64,000 bases of DNA, taken from contig NC_069007.1 of the NCBI RefSeq assembly GCF_001194135.2, positions 20,858,418-20,922,417 on the forward strand, given 5' to 3'. This document shows, piece by piece, positions 24,247 through 35,934 of the stretch. This DNA comes from Octopus bimaculoides. Taxonomy: Eukaryota. A model generated the notes under the pieces. It was not told the DNA's origin and searched no databases. It saw only the letters and a list, made by a program, of their open reading frames with translations. The position numbers were made by a program, and so were the translations under genes. The stretch's first letter is position 1, and each line of letters starts with the position of its first letter.

Positions 24247-24735
24247 CTGAAATTTGTGGAGAATCTTTCCGTGACAGCCGTAATTTAACACCTCACAAAA
24301 GAACACATTTGAGAAAAAAAGTTTAACTGAAATTTGTGGAGAATCTTTCCGTGATAGCCGTAATTTAACACCTCACAAAAGAACACATTTGAGAAAAAAA
24401 GTTTAACTGAAATTTGTGGAGAATCTTTCCGTGATAGCCGTAATTTAACACCTCACAAAAGAACACATTTGAGGAAAAAAGTTTAACTGAAATTTGTGGA
24501 AAATCTTTTTGTGGTAGCTGTAACTTAACAAGTCACAAAAGAACACGTGAGAAGAAAAAAATTGTTTAACTAAGAAATTTGTGGAAGATATTTTCAAATC
24601 AGCCGTAACTTAACATCTTACAAAAGAACACATGTGAGAAAAAAAGTTTAACAAAGAAATTTGTGGAAAATCTTATTGTGACAGCTGTAACTTAATACCT
24701 CACAAAAGAGCACATTTAAGAAATTTGTGGGAAAA
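24169..24735 (+). repeat. 80-bp minisatellite derived from the last ZF7 finger (about 7 units)
   Basis: GAAATTTGTGG recurs at 24169, 24249, 24329, 24409, 24489, then about 24574, 24656 and 24720; the first four units are almost identical. Confidence 0.95.
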
Positions 24736-24949
24736 TTTGACTCTGAAATCCCATTTTGTAGTTTACAAAAAAAATTAAAAATACATACCAAGAAACCTCT
24801 ACCTCATCACATCGACACAGTATTTACTTCACCAACTCGAAGCAAGTTGGTAATATCATGTAATGGATTTCCTTGTGTATACAACACATAAATGCAAATG
24901 TTGATTAAATAAATTAATTAAACCACAATCCGATGCTTTCCAATTGTTT

Positions 24950-25103
24950 TACTTTGATGTCATCCACATGCCTACTTCATCTGCTACCTCAACAACATCT
25001 TTTGCTACACACCCCACTACAGGGCTAACAGAGAAAAATGCCTTTGTTACCAGCAAAAATAGTAGTTCCCTCAACTTTCTCCATCCCATTCTTACTCTGG
25101 CAA
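24950..25103 (-). mobile_element. RTE-clade LINE fragment
   Basis: Translates IARVRMGWRKLRELLFLLVTK, homologous to the 40228 fragment; cut by the TTAA MITE. Confidence 0.7.
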
Positions 25104-26094
25104 TTAAACCTTTAGTATTTAAACCGGCCATATCCGGCCAAAATATTAAATCTGTTTTATGTTCAAACTGACCAGATCCAGGCTCTCACACCTACCCTAC
25201 AATGTTATTCTACATTAAGTAGTTACACCATCAAGATCTTGAAGATATGAGATAATGCATGATTAATTCAAATCAATGTGAATCAATAAGCATTATGTTT
25301 GATAGAATAATCTGAACACTAAAGGGTTAAACCTTCAAAACATCCACTTTCACTGTTCATAAGATCGCCTAGAAAATAAAAAAACTCTCAACTATATGAG
25401 AGGAGCAAACGTGAACACCAAACCATTAATCGTTAAATTAATGAAGTTAACATTTTCATAAATGATTTTAATTTCTAAGTTGACTTTGGAAATCATTATT
25501 GGACTAATTAACTTCTGTTATATTTAGCTTCTGTTAACTCAAGTCAACTTTAGTTAACTTCAATTCAATTAAAATTAACGGATCTTATAGTTTTGGCACT
25601 TTTTAAAGGTGGTTTTAGAGCAAAAACTGATTTTTTGTTGTTTATAATAAAAATTAATGTTAATAGTTTATCGATAACTTCCATTACATTAGGAAATAAT
25701 TAACTGATTAATGGTTATTGAAGTTAACTTTTTGGTTAACAGATTAACAGTTAACTTTTCAATTAACGGTGCCCATCTTTGCCATGGAGCCTTCTAGTTA
25801 TTTGAAAGGATCTACTTCCAATGCACTCTTACTGTGCAGCTATATGTAAAGCCTACCTCCTCCATTAGCTTATCTCTGTTTCCACGACACATTTTGTACT
25901 TATGTAATTTATACTGAGTATAGTCCTCACAGGGCCAGTTTCGCCCTGGACAGGATGCCAGTCCATCGTAGCATTACTCATTTTTGCCAGCTGAGTGGAT
26001 TGGAGCAACGTGATAAAATAAATACCAGCAAATTCAATAGCATTTTTGGAAATTTCAAAGTCAATATAAATAAATACCTTGACGCTTTTGTACG

Positions 26095-26160
26095 TCGCTT
26101 ACGACGTCGAGGGTTCCGCGAGTCCGCTGCCCTAACCACTGGGCCATTGCGCCTCCACTA
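26095..26160 (-). mobile_element. SINE family E head fused to its tail (internal deletion of roughly 300 bp)
   Basis: Head ...CGGACTCGC joins tail GGAACCCTCGACGTCGTAAGCGA. Confidence 0.75.
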
Positions 26161-26484
26161 TATGTTATATATAAAAATAAGATTATACATAATGTAAATC
26201 ATGATTAGAACATCAACCAACCAACGGAGATATGTATATAAATATATCTGAATATCTACATGTTTATTCGTGTAATAGTTCAGCAGGGGATGGGGCTAGT
26301 CGATTACATCAACCCCACTGCTGAACCAGTATTCGTTTCATCGACCTCGAAAGGAGAAATAAAAGGCAAAGTCGGTGGAATTTGAACTCAGAACGTAAAG
26401 ACGAGCAAAATGCCGCATTTTGCCTGGCGCGCTAACGATTCTGCTAGATCACCGCCTTAATCAACTTGATTACAAATGTTTGTG

Positions 26485-26570
26485 ATTGTATTAAATTATA
26501 TGAGGGAAATTCAACTAACGACGCCGTTGTCATTAAAAGAAGGGAAAAATTATCAACGACACCGCGCACT
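26485..26570 (+). promoter_or_regulatory. MEDV upstream cassette (ZF8)
   Basis: TTAAATTATATGAGGGA..ACGCCGTT..AGGGAAAAA..CGACACCGC. Confidence 0.65.
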
Positions 26571-26701
26571 TTGTATGGGAGAAATTGATTTGCTGAAATC
26601 GTGTTAAACATTGTGTTAGGATATCTAAGAGAAGCAACGGAACCGTAATACATTATATTTATAGACATTTGTGAACCTGTAAGCATTCCTGGTTAATTAG
26701 T

Positions 26702-28273
26702 ATGGAAGACGTTAATCACTTGGATACTTCTAACGATCTAGATTCAGTTCCACAGACATACAAGAGTGAAAAAGCTGTGTGTGATGAAACGGTAACTGAA
26801 GAAAGATCATCAAACAGAAATCTTACTGAATATAGCTGTGATATTTGTAGCAAAACATTTCCTTCCGAACAGGAAGCCTTCACGCACAAAGAAATACACA
26901 AGACAGAAAAACCTTATTGTGAAATTTGTGAGAAATTTTTCTTAAGAGATTCTCATTTTGTTATCCACAAACGTATCCACACTGGAGAAAAACCGTTTCA
27001 TTGTGAACTATGTAAAAAATCTTTTATTTCTAACAGCGATTTAAAAAGACACAGACGAATACATACCGGGGAAAAACGGTTTCACTGCGAAATATGTGGA
27101 GAAGCATTTATAGAAAGATCAAAACTTGCTATTCACATACGTCGTCATACTGGAGAAAAACCGTTCGAATGTGAAATATGTAAGAAATCGTTTGTTACTA
27201 ACGGTGAATTAACAAAACACACCACTTCACACACTCGGGAAAAACCATTCCACTGTAAAATATGCGGGGGAACTTTCATTGATAGTTCAAAACTTGTTAT
27301 TCACATACGCCGTCATACGGGAGAGAAACCATTCCATTGTGAAATATGTACGAAATCATTTGTCAGTAACGGTGAGTTAAGAAAACACGAGGCTGTGCAT
27401 ACTCCACAAAAACCATTTCACTGTGAAATGTGTGGGAAAGCTTTCGTTAGTGATGCAGATCTTGTTATTCACACATGTAAGCACGCTGGGGGGAAACCTT
27501 ATCACTGTGATGTGTGTGGGAAATCGTTTAAATCTGACAGTTACTTAACAAAACACAGAATCAGACACACTGGAAACAAACGCTTTCACTGTGAAATGTG
27601 TGGGAAGTCTTTCGCCTCTAAGAATAATGTAGTAAAACACGAAAGAAGACACACTGGGGAGAATCTGGTTTACTGTGAAACGTGTGGAAAATCGTTTGTC
27701 ACCAAAGACGACTTAAACAAACACAAAAGAATTCACACTGGAGAAAACCCTTTTCCCTGTGAAATCTGTGGGACCTATTTTCTCGATTTTAGTCATTTAA
27801 CAACGCATAAAAGAATACATACGGGAGAAAGGCCGTTTCTCTGTGACATTTGTGGAAAATCTTTTGCTCAGAATTCCTATTTTATCGTTCACAAAAGAAT
27901 TCATACTGGAGAAAAACCTTACCGTTGCGAAATCTGTGGAAAGTGTTTTGTATGTAAAAGTGATTTATCAACTCATGAAAGAACACATACTGGATTAAAA
28001 CCGTTTGATTGTAAAATATGTGGCAAAGCATTTGCTCGGAATTCGAATCTTATAGTTCACAGAAGAATACATACTGGGGATAAACCTTTTCATTGCGAAG
28101 CTTGTGGGAAACCATTTACCTCAAACAGTGATTTGACGATACACAGACGAATACACACTGGGGAAAAACCCTTTCACTGTAATATATGTGGGAAAAAATT
28201 TATTGCACACAGTCACTTAAAAAGACATGTACAAGTACATACAAGCGAGGGGCCTATCATATATGAAACGTGA
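26702..28273 (+). CDS. ZF8: C2H2 zinc-finger protein, 17 fingers (MEDV family)
   Basis: ORF MEDVNHLDTSN...; ends YET*. Confidence 0.93.
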   Translation: MEDVNHLDTSNDLDSVPQTYKSEKAVCDETVTEERSSNRNLTEYSCDICSKTFPSEQEAFTHKEIHKTEKPYCEICEKFFLRDSHFVIHKRIHTGEKPFHCELCKKSFISNSDLKRHRRIHTGEKRFHCEICGEAFIERSKLAIHIRRHTGEKPFECEICKKSFVTNGELTKHTTSHTREKPFHCKICGGTFIDSSKLVIHIRRHTGEKPFHCEICTKSFVSNGELRKHEAVHTPQKPFHCEMCGKAFVSDADLVIHTCKHAGGKPYHCDVCGKSFKSDSYLTKHRIRHTGNKRFHCEMCGKSFASKNNVVKHERRHTGENLVYCETCGKSFVTKDDLNKHKRIHTGENPFPCEICGTYFLDFSHLTTHKRIHTGERPFLCDICGKSFAQNSYFIVHKRIHTGEKPYRCEICGKCFVCKSDLSTHERTHTGLKPFDCKICGKAFARNSNLIVHRRIHTGDKPFHCEACGKPFTSNSDLTIHRRIHTGEKPFHCNICGKKFIAHSHLKRHVQVHTSEGPIIYET

Positions 28274-28855
28274 GGAAGCTTTCCCTTTGAAATCTAAATT
28301 TATAATCCACCAATAACTTGATTTCAAATTACCCTAAATGTAGCAATTTCTGTGCAGATTACTTCCTGGTAACTTAGTCACATTCAGATTTCCAGGTGGT
28401 GAGAGGAAACTGATTTTATGTGCAGGGCGTAGTTTGAAATTGGTTTCAGATTGCTCCTCCCTCCCCACTCACATCTTTTCCCAAATGCTCGTCACCCTGG
28501 TGGTAAATGAAAGAATTATTGGCGAGCTGGCAGAACCTTTCAAGCATCAAACCGAAATGCTTAGTGGTATTTCTTTCGGGTCTTTACATTCTGAGTTCAA
28601 AATCTTCCGAAGTTGACTTTGCCTTTCAGAGTTGATAAAATAAATACAGTCAGACTGGTTTTCATCTGCAAGCAACTTTCCACACTTCCTTAACATTGCA
28701 GGCCTTGTGACAAAATTTGAAACCGTTATGGGTATTCAGTAAATTATAATAAGTGTGCCAACATCTTGTTTTGTATGGAAATATTGTTTGCATTTAAAGT
28801 GTATAAATATATTTTGTTTTGTATATAAATATATTTCATTTGCATTCAAACTGTA

Positions 28856-29490
28856 TTAACCCTTTAGCATTCAGATGGTTTTGTCAAATGTAATACTTAT
28901 TTATGCACAACCATTCATCATCATCATCATTTAATATCTGTGGTCCATGCTGGCATGGGTTGGACAGTTTGACCAAGGCTGGAAGGCTGCACCAGACTCC
29001 AGTCTGATTTGGCATGGTTTCTACGGCTGGATGCCCTTCCTAATGCCATCCACTCTGAAAGTATAATTGGTGCTTTGACATGTCACTAGCACAGGTGCCA
29101 TTTGTGTGACACGACTGCAATTTTACTTGGCTTGATGGGTCTTCTCAAGCATAGCATAATGCCAATAGTCTCGGTCATTCGTCATTGCCTCTGTGAGGTC
29201 CAGCACTCAGAAAGTGCTTTTCACATGCAACCGGCATCAGCCACACAGCCTCCATGAGGCTCAACGCTCAAAAGATGCTTTTTACATTCCACTGGCACAG
29301 GTGCCAATTATGTGACACCAGCATCGTTTTGAATAAATGATGCATTATCACTTGGCTTCCAGATTTCAATGATGTGATTATTTTTAGATGACATTGCAGG
29401 GTAGGTGTAAAGGGCCGACTCTGTCCAGTTTGAACATAAAACATAGAATATTTGGGCCAGTTATGGCTGGTTTAAATGTTAAAGGGTTAA
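28856..29490. mobile_element. TTAA-flanked MITE (piggyBac-like ends) interrupted by a family C SINE (about 28914-29325)
   Basis: TTAACCCTTTAG ... TAAAGGGTTAA termini; the two halves join to match the uninterrupted copy at 19876-20094. Confidence 0.8.
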
Positions 29491-29834
29491 TATATTTTGA
29501 TTTGTACAATATACAATTTGATTGCATTTGAAATGTATAAATATACGTGTTTAATAAATTTGAACTTTGGCAACAGTTTTAAATTTTCAGCAAGTAAAAC
29601 AAAAAAAAAAAGTTTCAAATGCTTCCAAATGCAAACAAAATATAAATTTACACACTGCAAATTCAAATGAAATATATTTATGGAAAAAAATAAATTAAGA
29701 GTACAGTTGTAAGCCCTCTAATACAAATCGTTTTCTCTTTCTATATATATGTTTGTTTTTGTTCCTTCTTGAGCCATGCCTGGCTCATAAGGGCTAGTTT
29801 CCTGGTTTCATATAGGTTCCCCACCTGGACGAGA

Positions 29835-30035
29835 CACAGGTAAGCTGCAGAAGGAAAGAGTGAGAGAAAGTTGTGGCAAAAGAGTCAGCAGAAGTTCACC
29901 ATTACTTTCTGCCGGAGCTGCATGGAGCTTAGGTGTTTCACTCATAAACACACACACATCACCTGGTCTGAGATTTGAACCTGTGATCCCGTGACTGCGA
30001 GTTTGCTGCTCTAACTACTAGGCCATGTGCCTCTA
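29835..30035 (-). mobile_element. Older SINE related to family E
   Basis: Diverged GAGTGAGAGAAAGTTGTGG...GAGCTTAGGTGTTT...CTAACTACTAGGCCAT. Confidence 0.7.
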
Positions 30036-32201
30036 GTTTATTTATATATCTATATAATTATGATGATATAGAACATGGAGACTTGTTCATTCTCAAAATT
30101 TAATTTCTTTTATTTTACAATTTTATACATCATATTATTTATGGTCTTGATGACATACGTGTGTTTCTACTGCATGTATTACGGGCAGTTGCAGATGCAA
30201 TCGGGCATGATTTTTGGTGCAGCTTCTTCAGAATCTCTCCGTTTGGCTTATATATCATTATCATTTAACGTCCACCTTCCATGCTAGCATGGGTGGGACA
30301 GTTTGACAGTGACTGTTTTGGCAGGATTTTTACAGCTGGATGCTCTTCCTCACGTCAACCAGTTAACAGTGCAGTTTCTACCCTATTGCTGGTATCAGCT
30401 GGATGTTGAGCTGAGACACACCTGTCCAGCTTGTGCCATCATGAAAAATGGATACAAGACTAAATGATGGAACAGGTGCCACATAAAAAGCATCCAGTCC
30501 ACACAGTAAAGTGGTTGGCATCCAGCTGTAAAAACCATACCAAAACAGACACATTAGCCAGCTGTGGTCTTCTACCTGGCTGGCTCCTCCTGTCAAACCA
30601 TTCCACTCATGCCAGCATGGAAATCGGACATTAAGTGATAATGACGATGATAAAAATTACTTTCCAAATTTTTTTTTTTAATACATTTGAAAACACTAGA
30701 GACATTTTTAAATAAAATATGTTGGTGATATAAAGGAAAAACTAGTAACCAAGTTTTAAAAACAGAAATTAAGGTTTATTTGGATAAAAATGTTGAATTT
30801 CAATTAGATAACATTATGTAGGCAACAACGTTCACTTGTGATGTTTCAAATTCAATGAAGGCTGTAACATCATAAATTACCAGTCTCTGAGGATAGAGGG
30901 GCAAGCAATAAAAAAACCATATTCATAAATAAAATAGAAACACAAGCAATACTTTCATTATTATACAAGTCCTGTATTTTCCAGCATATCAGTCGACATA
31001 GCAGAGAATGTAAATATATAAACATCTAAACACCACCAGGTATCTTTCCAAGTCTTGCTGCATTTCACAAGGAATTTTTGGTCCTACAAAGTAGTCTTGG
31101 TGTAGGAGTCATCCTACCTTTTCTGGTTGTAAACAGGGATGGAGTTAATGCTTGTGGGGCCCTGGGCACTTCAAGTTCAGTGGGTCTCTCATACACAAAT
31201 TAAAATCCATGAAAAATTATCAAATTTACATCTCAAAATCAGTCTATTGCATTTAATTGAAATTGATTAATTAGTAGTTCTTAGGAAATTTAAATGCATC
31301 TGTCAGTGCAAAATGTCATCTCGACAAAGTACTGCAAGTTCCATCAATTTACCATTCTATACTACAATATTATCAAAACAACTTTCTTTTTATACTTTGC
31401 ATCTGAAAAATCTTTAATGAATTTCTCAAACTGTATATCATCATCATCGGTTAACATCCGCTTTCCATGCTAGCATGGGTTGGACGATTTGACTGCAGAC
31501 TGGCGAACCAGATGGCTGCACCAGGCTCCAATCTGATCTGGCAGAGTTTCTACAGCAGGATGCCCTTCCTAACTGCTCTCAACATCGAAAAGGCACAGAA
31601 TGTTTATTCTTTCATGGGTCACTGGAGATAATTCTTTATCAGATCCAATTTACTGAATGACTGTCCTCCTGAATAACTATTAGACATCAAGCTGATATAT
31701 ATATTCTAAGAACTACATCAACAGCTGGAAAACTATGAGCAAGCCCTTCATTACCGATTCAAAGAGCTTCTTCAAATGAGGTGAAATATGACCCAAGCTT
31801 ACAAAAGGCTGTAAACTACAATTTCTGCTATGAACACCTTACTAAAACCACAGGAAAAATCGATGAAACATCAGGTCTCTCTCAGCCAGAAATACTGCAA
31901 TGACAACAAAATACCAGGTCCCAGCTAGAAATACTGCAACGACCACGATACAATACTTCAGTCCAGTCGTTCTTGGAACTTTGGGTTCATAATTGCAGAA
32001 ATTTCCATGTGTAGAACACAAATTCGCAAACATTTTCCTGAAAATTCCAAAAAATAAAAAGTGATGATGGGTTACTTAAACCAGAAATTCCACTCATTTC
32101 CCCATATATTTGACAATAATAGAAGTTCCATCACCACAAACTTTATATTCTTTTGAGTGTTGTTAAATCATTAATGACAAATGATTTCTCCACATATTTC
32201 G

Positions 32202-33350
32202 CTATAAAACAGTTTTGTCTCTTGTGTGTATTTTTTTATGTAAACTAAGAGCTGAACTGTGAGAGAAAGATTTCCCACACAGCTCACAATGGAATGGTTT
32301 TTCTCCAGTATGTACTCTTTTGTGAGATACAAGATGAGCATTTTGAGTGAAAGATTTACCACAAGTATCACAGTGAAACCGTTTTTCTCCAGTGTGTGTT
32401 CTTTTATGAGTTCTTAAATTGCTGTTATCGAGAAAACTTTTCCCACAAATCTCACAATGAGAAGGTTTTTCTCCTGTATGGACTCTTATGTGTTTGACTA
32501 AATCGTTTTTAGAGAAGAAAGACTTCTCGCATACTTGACAGTGAAACGGTTTCTCTCCTGTGTGTATTCTTCTGTGTCTGGCTAAATTACTTCTAGAGAC
32601 GGAAGGAATTCCACATAGTTCACAGTGGAAAGGTTTTTCTCCGGTGTGACTCCGTATATGGATAACAAGACTTGATTTCCAACAGAAAGATTTTCCACAT
32701 ATTTCACAATGAAACGGATTTTCTTTAGCTTCTGTTTCTAAATCACCACTTATATCAAATTGTTCCCCATCTGTTTGATTTCCGGAGGTCTCCTCTCCAG
32801 TGTGGCTACGCATATGGAGAAGAAGATTCGGTTTATGAACGAAAGTATCACCACAGATTTCGCACCGAAACAGCATTCTTCTCGTGTGTACTTTTGTATG
32901 TGTTTTTAAGACAGAAAGATAAGCGAATGATTTTCCACACGTTTCGCAATGGAACGGTTTCTCTCCAGTGTGACTTCGTACGTGGATAATAAGTCCTGAA
33001 TTATGGAAGAAAGACTTCCCGCATATTTCACACGGAAACAATCTTTGTCTACTGTGTCGTCTTTTGTGCCATGTTAATTTTTTTCTAGAGGCAAAACACT
33101 TCTGACATATTTCACACTCATTTGTCTTTTCGCTCTTGTGTGTGCGTGTGTGCATAAATAATTCGTGTTCTGAAGAGAACATTTTCTTACAAATCTCACA
33201 GCTATATTCAGTAATATTTCCGTCTAATGATTTTTGATCAGTAAATGTTTCATCACATAAGGTTTTCTTACCGTTGTCTGTCTGTGAAATTGAATCTACA
33301 TCGTTAAAAACAGTTGCGTTAGAAGAATCTATGTCATCAACGTCTTCCAT
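32202..33350 (-). CDS. ZF9: C2H2 zinc-finger protein, 11 fingers split 5+6 by an acidic linker (MEDV family)
   Basis: Track ORF starts at TTG 33404; MEDV ATG at 33350. Confidence 0.93.
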   Translation of the reverse strand: MEDVDDIDSSNATVFNDVDSISQTDNGKKTLCDETFTDQKSLDGNITEYSCEICKKMFSSEHELFMHTRTHKSEKTNECEICQKCFASRKKLTWHKRRHSRQRLFPCEICGKSFFHNSGLIIHVRSHTGEKPFHCETCGKSFAYLSVLKTHTKVHTRRMLFRCEICGDTFVHKPNLLLHMRSHTGEETSGNQTDGEQFDISGDLETEAKENPFHCEICGKSFCWKSSLVIHIRSHTGEKPFHCELCGIPSVSRSNLARHRRIHTGEKPFHCQVCEKSFFSKNDLVKHIRVHTGEKPSHCEICGKSFLDNSNLRTHKRTHTGEKRFHCDTCGKSFTQNAHLVSHKRVHTGEKPFHCELCGKSFSHSSALSLHKKIHTRDKTVL

Positions 33351-33473
33351 ATTAGCTGAACTGGAATTCTTGCAAGCTATAGAATTATCTCTAACTCTAA
33401 TCAATTACAGAGCTGTTTCTAGTATTAAATATAATGGATATGCTTCAACTAGATATGATCACATTAGTCGAAG

Positions 33474-33562
33474 ATGGCGGTGTCGGTAAAAAAATTTTCC
33501 TGCTTCTCAGTGTTACCGGTGATATACACTTTAGTTCGCCTCATATAATTCAATACAATCAG
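33474..33562 (-). promoter_or_regulatory. MEDV upstream cassette (ZF9)
   Basis: Sense strand: TTGAATTATATGAGGCG..TCACCGGT..AGGAAAA..CGACACCGCC. Confidence 0.65.
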
Positions 33563-33584
33563 AAAATGTTTCAGTTTTATTAAC

Positions 33585-33652
33585 GTATTCGCTTCTGGTT
33601 TGATAAATTTGATAAATCTGGTGTATTCGCTTCTGGTTTGATAAATTTGATA
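33585..33652 (+). repeat. 30-bp direct repeat, period 38
   Basis: GTATTCGCTTCTGGTTTGATAAATTTGATA at 33585 and 33623. Confidence 0.95.
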
Positions 33653-33660
33653 GTGTTTCT

Positions 33661-33742
33661 GGTGTGTTAAATTATGTTAGGGACCTTTATCATCTGTCAC
33701 CGATGTTATTCAGGAGAGAACAGTTTTTCAGTGACACCGTAC
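33661..33742 (+). promoter_or_regulatory. MEDV upstream cassette (ZF10)
   Basis: TTAAATTATGTTAGGGAC..TCACCGAT..AGGAGAGAA..TGACACCGT. Confidence 0.65.
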
Positions 33743-33885
33743 TCTTAGTATTTTTATAATTAGTTCAGTTAAATTAATTAAATTACGTAAAGAAAGTTTC
33801 ATGATATCGAAGACATAACACTTAACTATAATAGATTATAGCCACAAACATTTCTACAGCTTTTAAGAATCCCTGTTCAATTAAT

Positions 33886-34986
33886 ATGGATTCAGTTGCA
33901 CAGATATACAATGGTAAGGAATCTTTATGTAATGAAACATTTACTAAACAAAGATCATTACGCAAAAATATTACTGAATATCTCTGTAATATTTGTAAGA
34001 AAACATTCTCTTCAGAAGATGGTTTATTAACGCATAAGAAAATACACAAGAGTAAAAAACCATTTCGCTGTGAAATATGTGAGAAATCTTATGTATCTAA
34101 AAGTAATTTAACAAGTCACAAGAGGATACATACTGGAGAAAGACTATTTCGTTGTGAAATATGTGGGAAATATTTTATCCACAATTGTAAACTTGTTGCC
34201 CATATGAGTAGTCACACTGGAGAGAAACGGTTCCATTGTGAAATATGTACGAAATCGTTCGTGAGTATAAGTAACTTGAAGGAACATAGGAACTTACACA
34301 CTGGAGAGAAACGGTTTCACTGTGAGATATGTGGGAAATCTTTCTTTTGGAAAAAGAGTTTTGTTATCCACGTGCGTTGTCATACGGGAGAGAAACCCTA
34401 TCGTTGTGATATATGTGGAAAATCTTTCGTATCTAGTAGCAATTTAGTACATCACAAAAAAATACATACTGGCGAAAAACCATTTCACTGTGAAATATGT
34501 GGTAAATCGTTTGTCGCTAATGACGAATTGACAAAACACAACAGAACACATACTGGAGAAAACCCTTTCCACTGTGATATATGCGGGGAATCGTTTCTTG
34601 ACAGTAGTAACTTAACAACTCATAAACGGACACACACCGGAGAGAGACCTTTTCACTGTGAAATATGTGGGAAATCTTTCAGACAGAATTCCCATCTTAT
34701 ATTTCACATAAGAAGGCATACTGGAGAAAAGCCTTTTCATTGTGAAATGTGTGGTTTATCTTTCGTTTCTAACAGTGACTTAACAATGCACAAAAGAAGA
34801 CATACTGGAGACAAACAGCATCACTGTGAAATATGTGGGAAATCTTTTGTCTCCAGCAGTGAACTGACATCTCATAAAAGAACTCACACTGGAGAAAACT
34901 GTGTTGTTTGTATGAAATCTTTTGTGTCTAAGAAAGAATTGCTGGCACATAAAAATACACACTTGAGTGATACATATTCCCCGTGA
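33886..34986 (+). CDS. ZF10: C2H2 zinc-finger protein, 12 fingers, N-terminally deleted MEDV-family member
   Basis: ORF MDSVAQIYNGKESLCNETF...; upstream sequence matches the MEDV 5' leader. Confidence 0.93.
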   Translation: MDSVAQIYNGKESLCNETFTKQRSLRKNITEYLCNICKKTFSSEDGLLTHKKIHKSKKPFRCEICEKSYVSKSNLTSHKRIHTGERLFRCEICGKYFIHNCKLVAHMSSHTGEKRFHCEICTKSFVSISNLKEHRNLHTGEKRFHCEICGKSFFWKKSFVIHVRCHTGEKPYRCDICGKSFVSSSNLVHHKKIHTGEKPFHCEICGKSFVANDELTKHNRTHTGENPFHCDICGESFLDSSNLTTHKRTHTGERPFHCEICGKSFRQNSHLIFHIRRHTGEKPFHCEMCGLSFVSNSDLTMHKRRHTGDKQHHCEICGKSFVSSSELTSHKRTHTGENCVVCMKSFVSKKELLAHKNTHLSDTYSP

Positions 34987-35934
34987 AATAGGTGACGAGT
35001 CTTTCATCTCTAAATCATATTTTAATAATACACAAACATACACACTAGCGAAAAATCGTATCATTGTGAAGTATATGGAAAATTACACAGTGTAACACGA
35101 TTTTTGTGTTTGGGTAGCAACTGCTATTTCTTATTTGCTTACCCCTACAAAGTATGAAAATTGGCAAAAAAATTAATTTTTCTTCAGACATGCATCATCA
35201 TCATCATCATCAAAAGTCTGAGATTCTGTCAGATTAACCCTTTAGCACTTAAACCACCCATATTTGGCCTAAATATTCTGTTTTATGCTTAAACTGGTTA
35301 GATCTGGTTTCTCACACCTATCATACAATGTCATTCTTAAAACTAAACAATCACATCATTGAAATCTTGAAGCTAAAAGATAAATTCGAAACAGTGTGAA
35401 CAGGTAATCATTACATTTGGAAGAGGAATCTGGAATGCTAAAGATTTTATGACCCTTTAACAATTTTGGAATTATATACATCTTTTATTTCCTTTACAAG
35501 AAACTGTAATATTACAAATAACACAAAAAAAAAAAAATGTCAATGTTCACAATTAGCTTCAATAAAATTAAGATATCTGCAAATTTGATTAAAATTCTTT
35601 TCGAAGAAAGGACTGTTGATGTTTCTTAACTGCCTAGATCATGTCTTACCTATCTGTCGTGACAATAGCTCCAACAACCTAACAATAAGTAAAATCTGTT
35701 CTTTTAACCCTTTCATTACCAACCCTGCTAAAACTGGTTCTGGCTCTGAGTACAAACTGGAATATGAGACAAGTTCTACTCATCAAACATCTACTCGTAT
35801 TTCTGTTACAGTTTGTAAAGGACTGAGTACAAAATGTGGTATTGCTTGGGAATATGAGATGGCACAACAGGCAGAGAATGGACTAAGGTTGGAGAAAAAT
35901 TAGGTGAATGTTCTGCTTAATATGTAATGACAGG

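Noticed and set aside
24169-24735. CRISPR-like array
   Set aside because: Whole units repeat with no unique spacers, they derive from a zinc finger, there are no cas genes and the DNA is eukaryotic.
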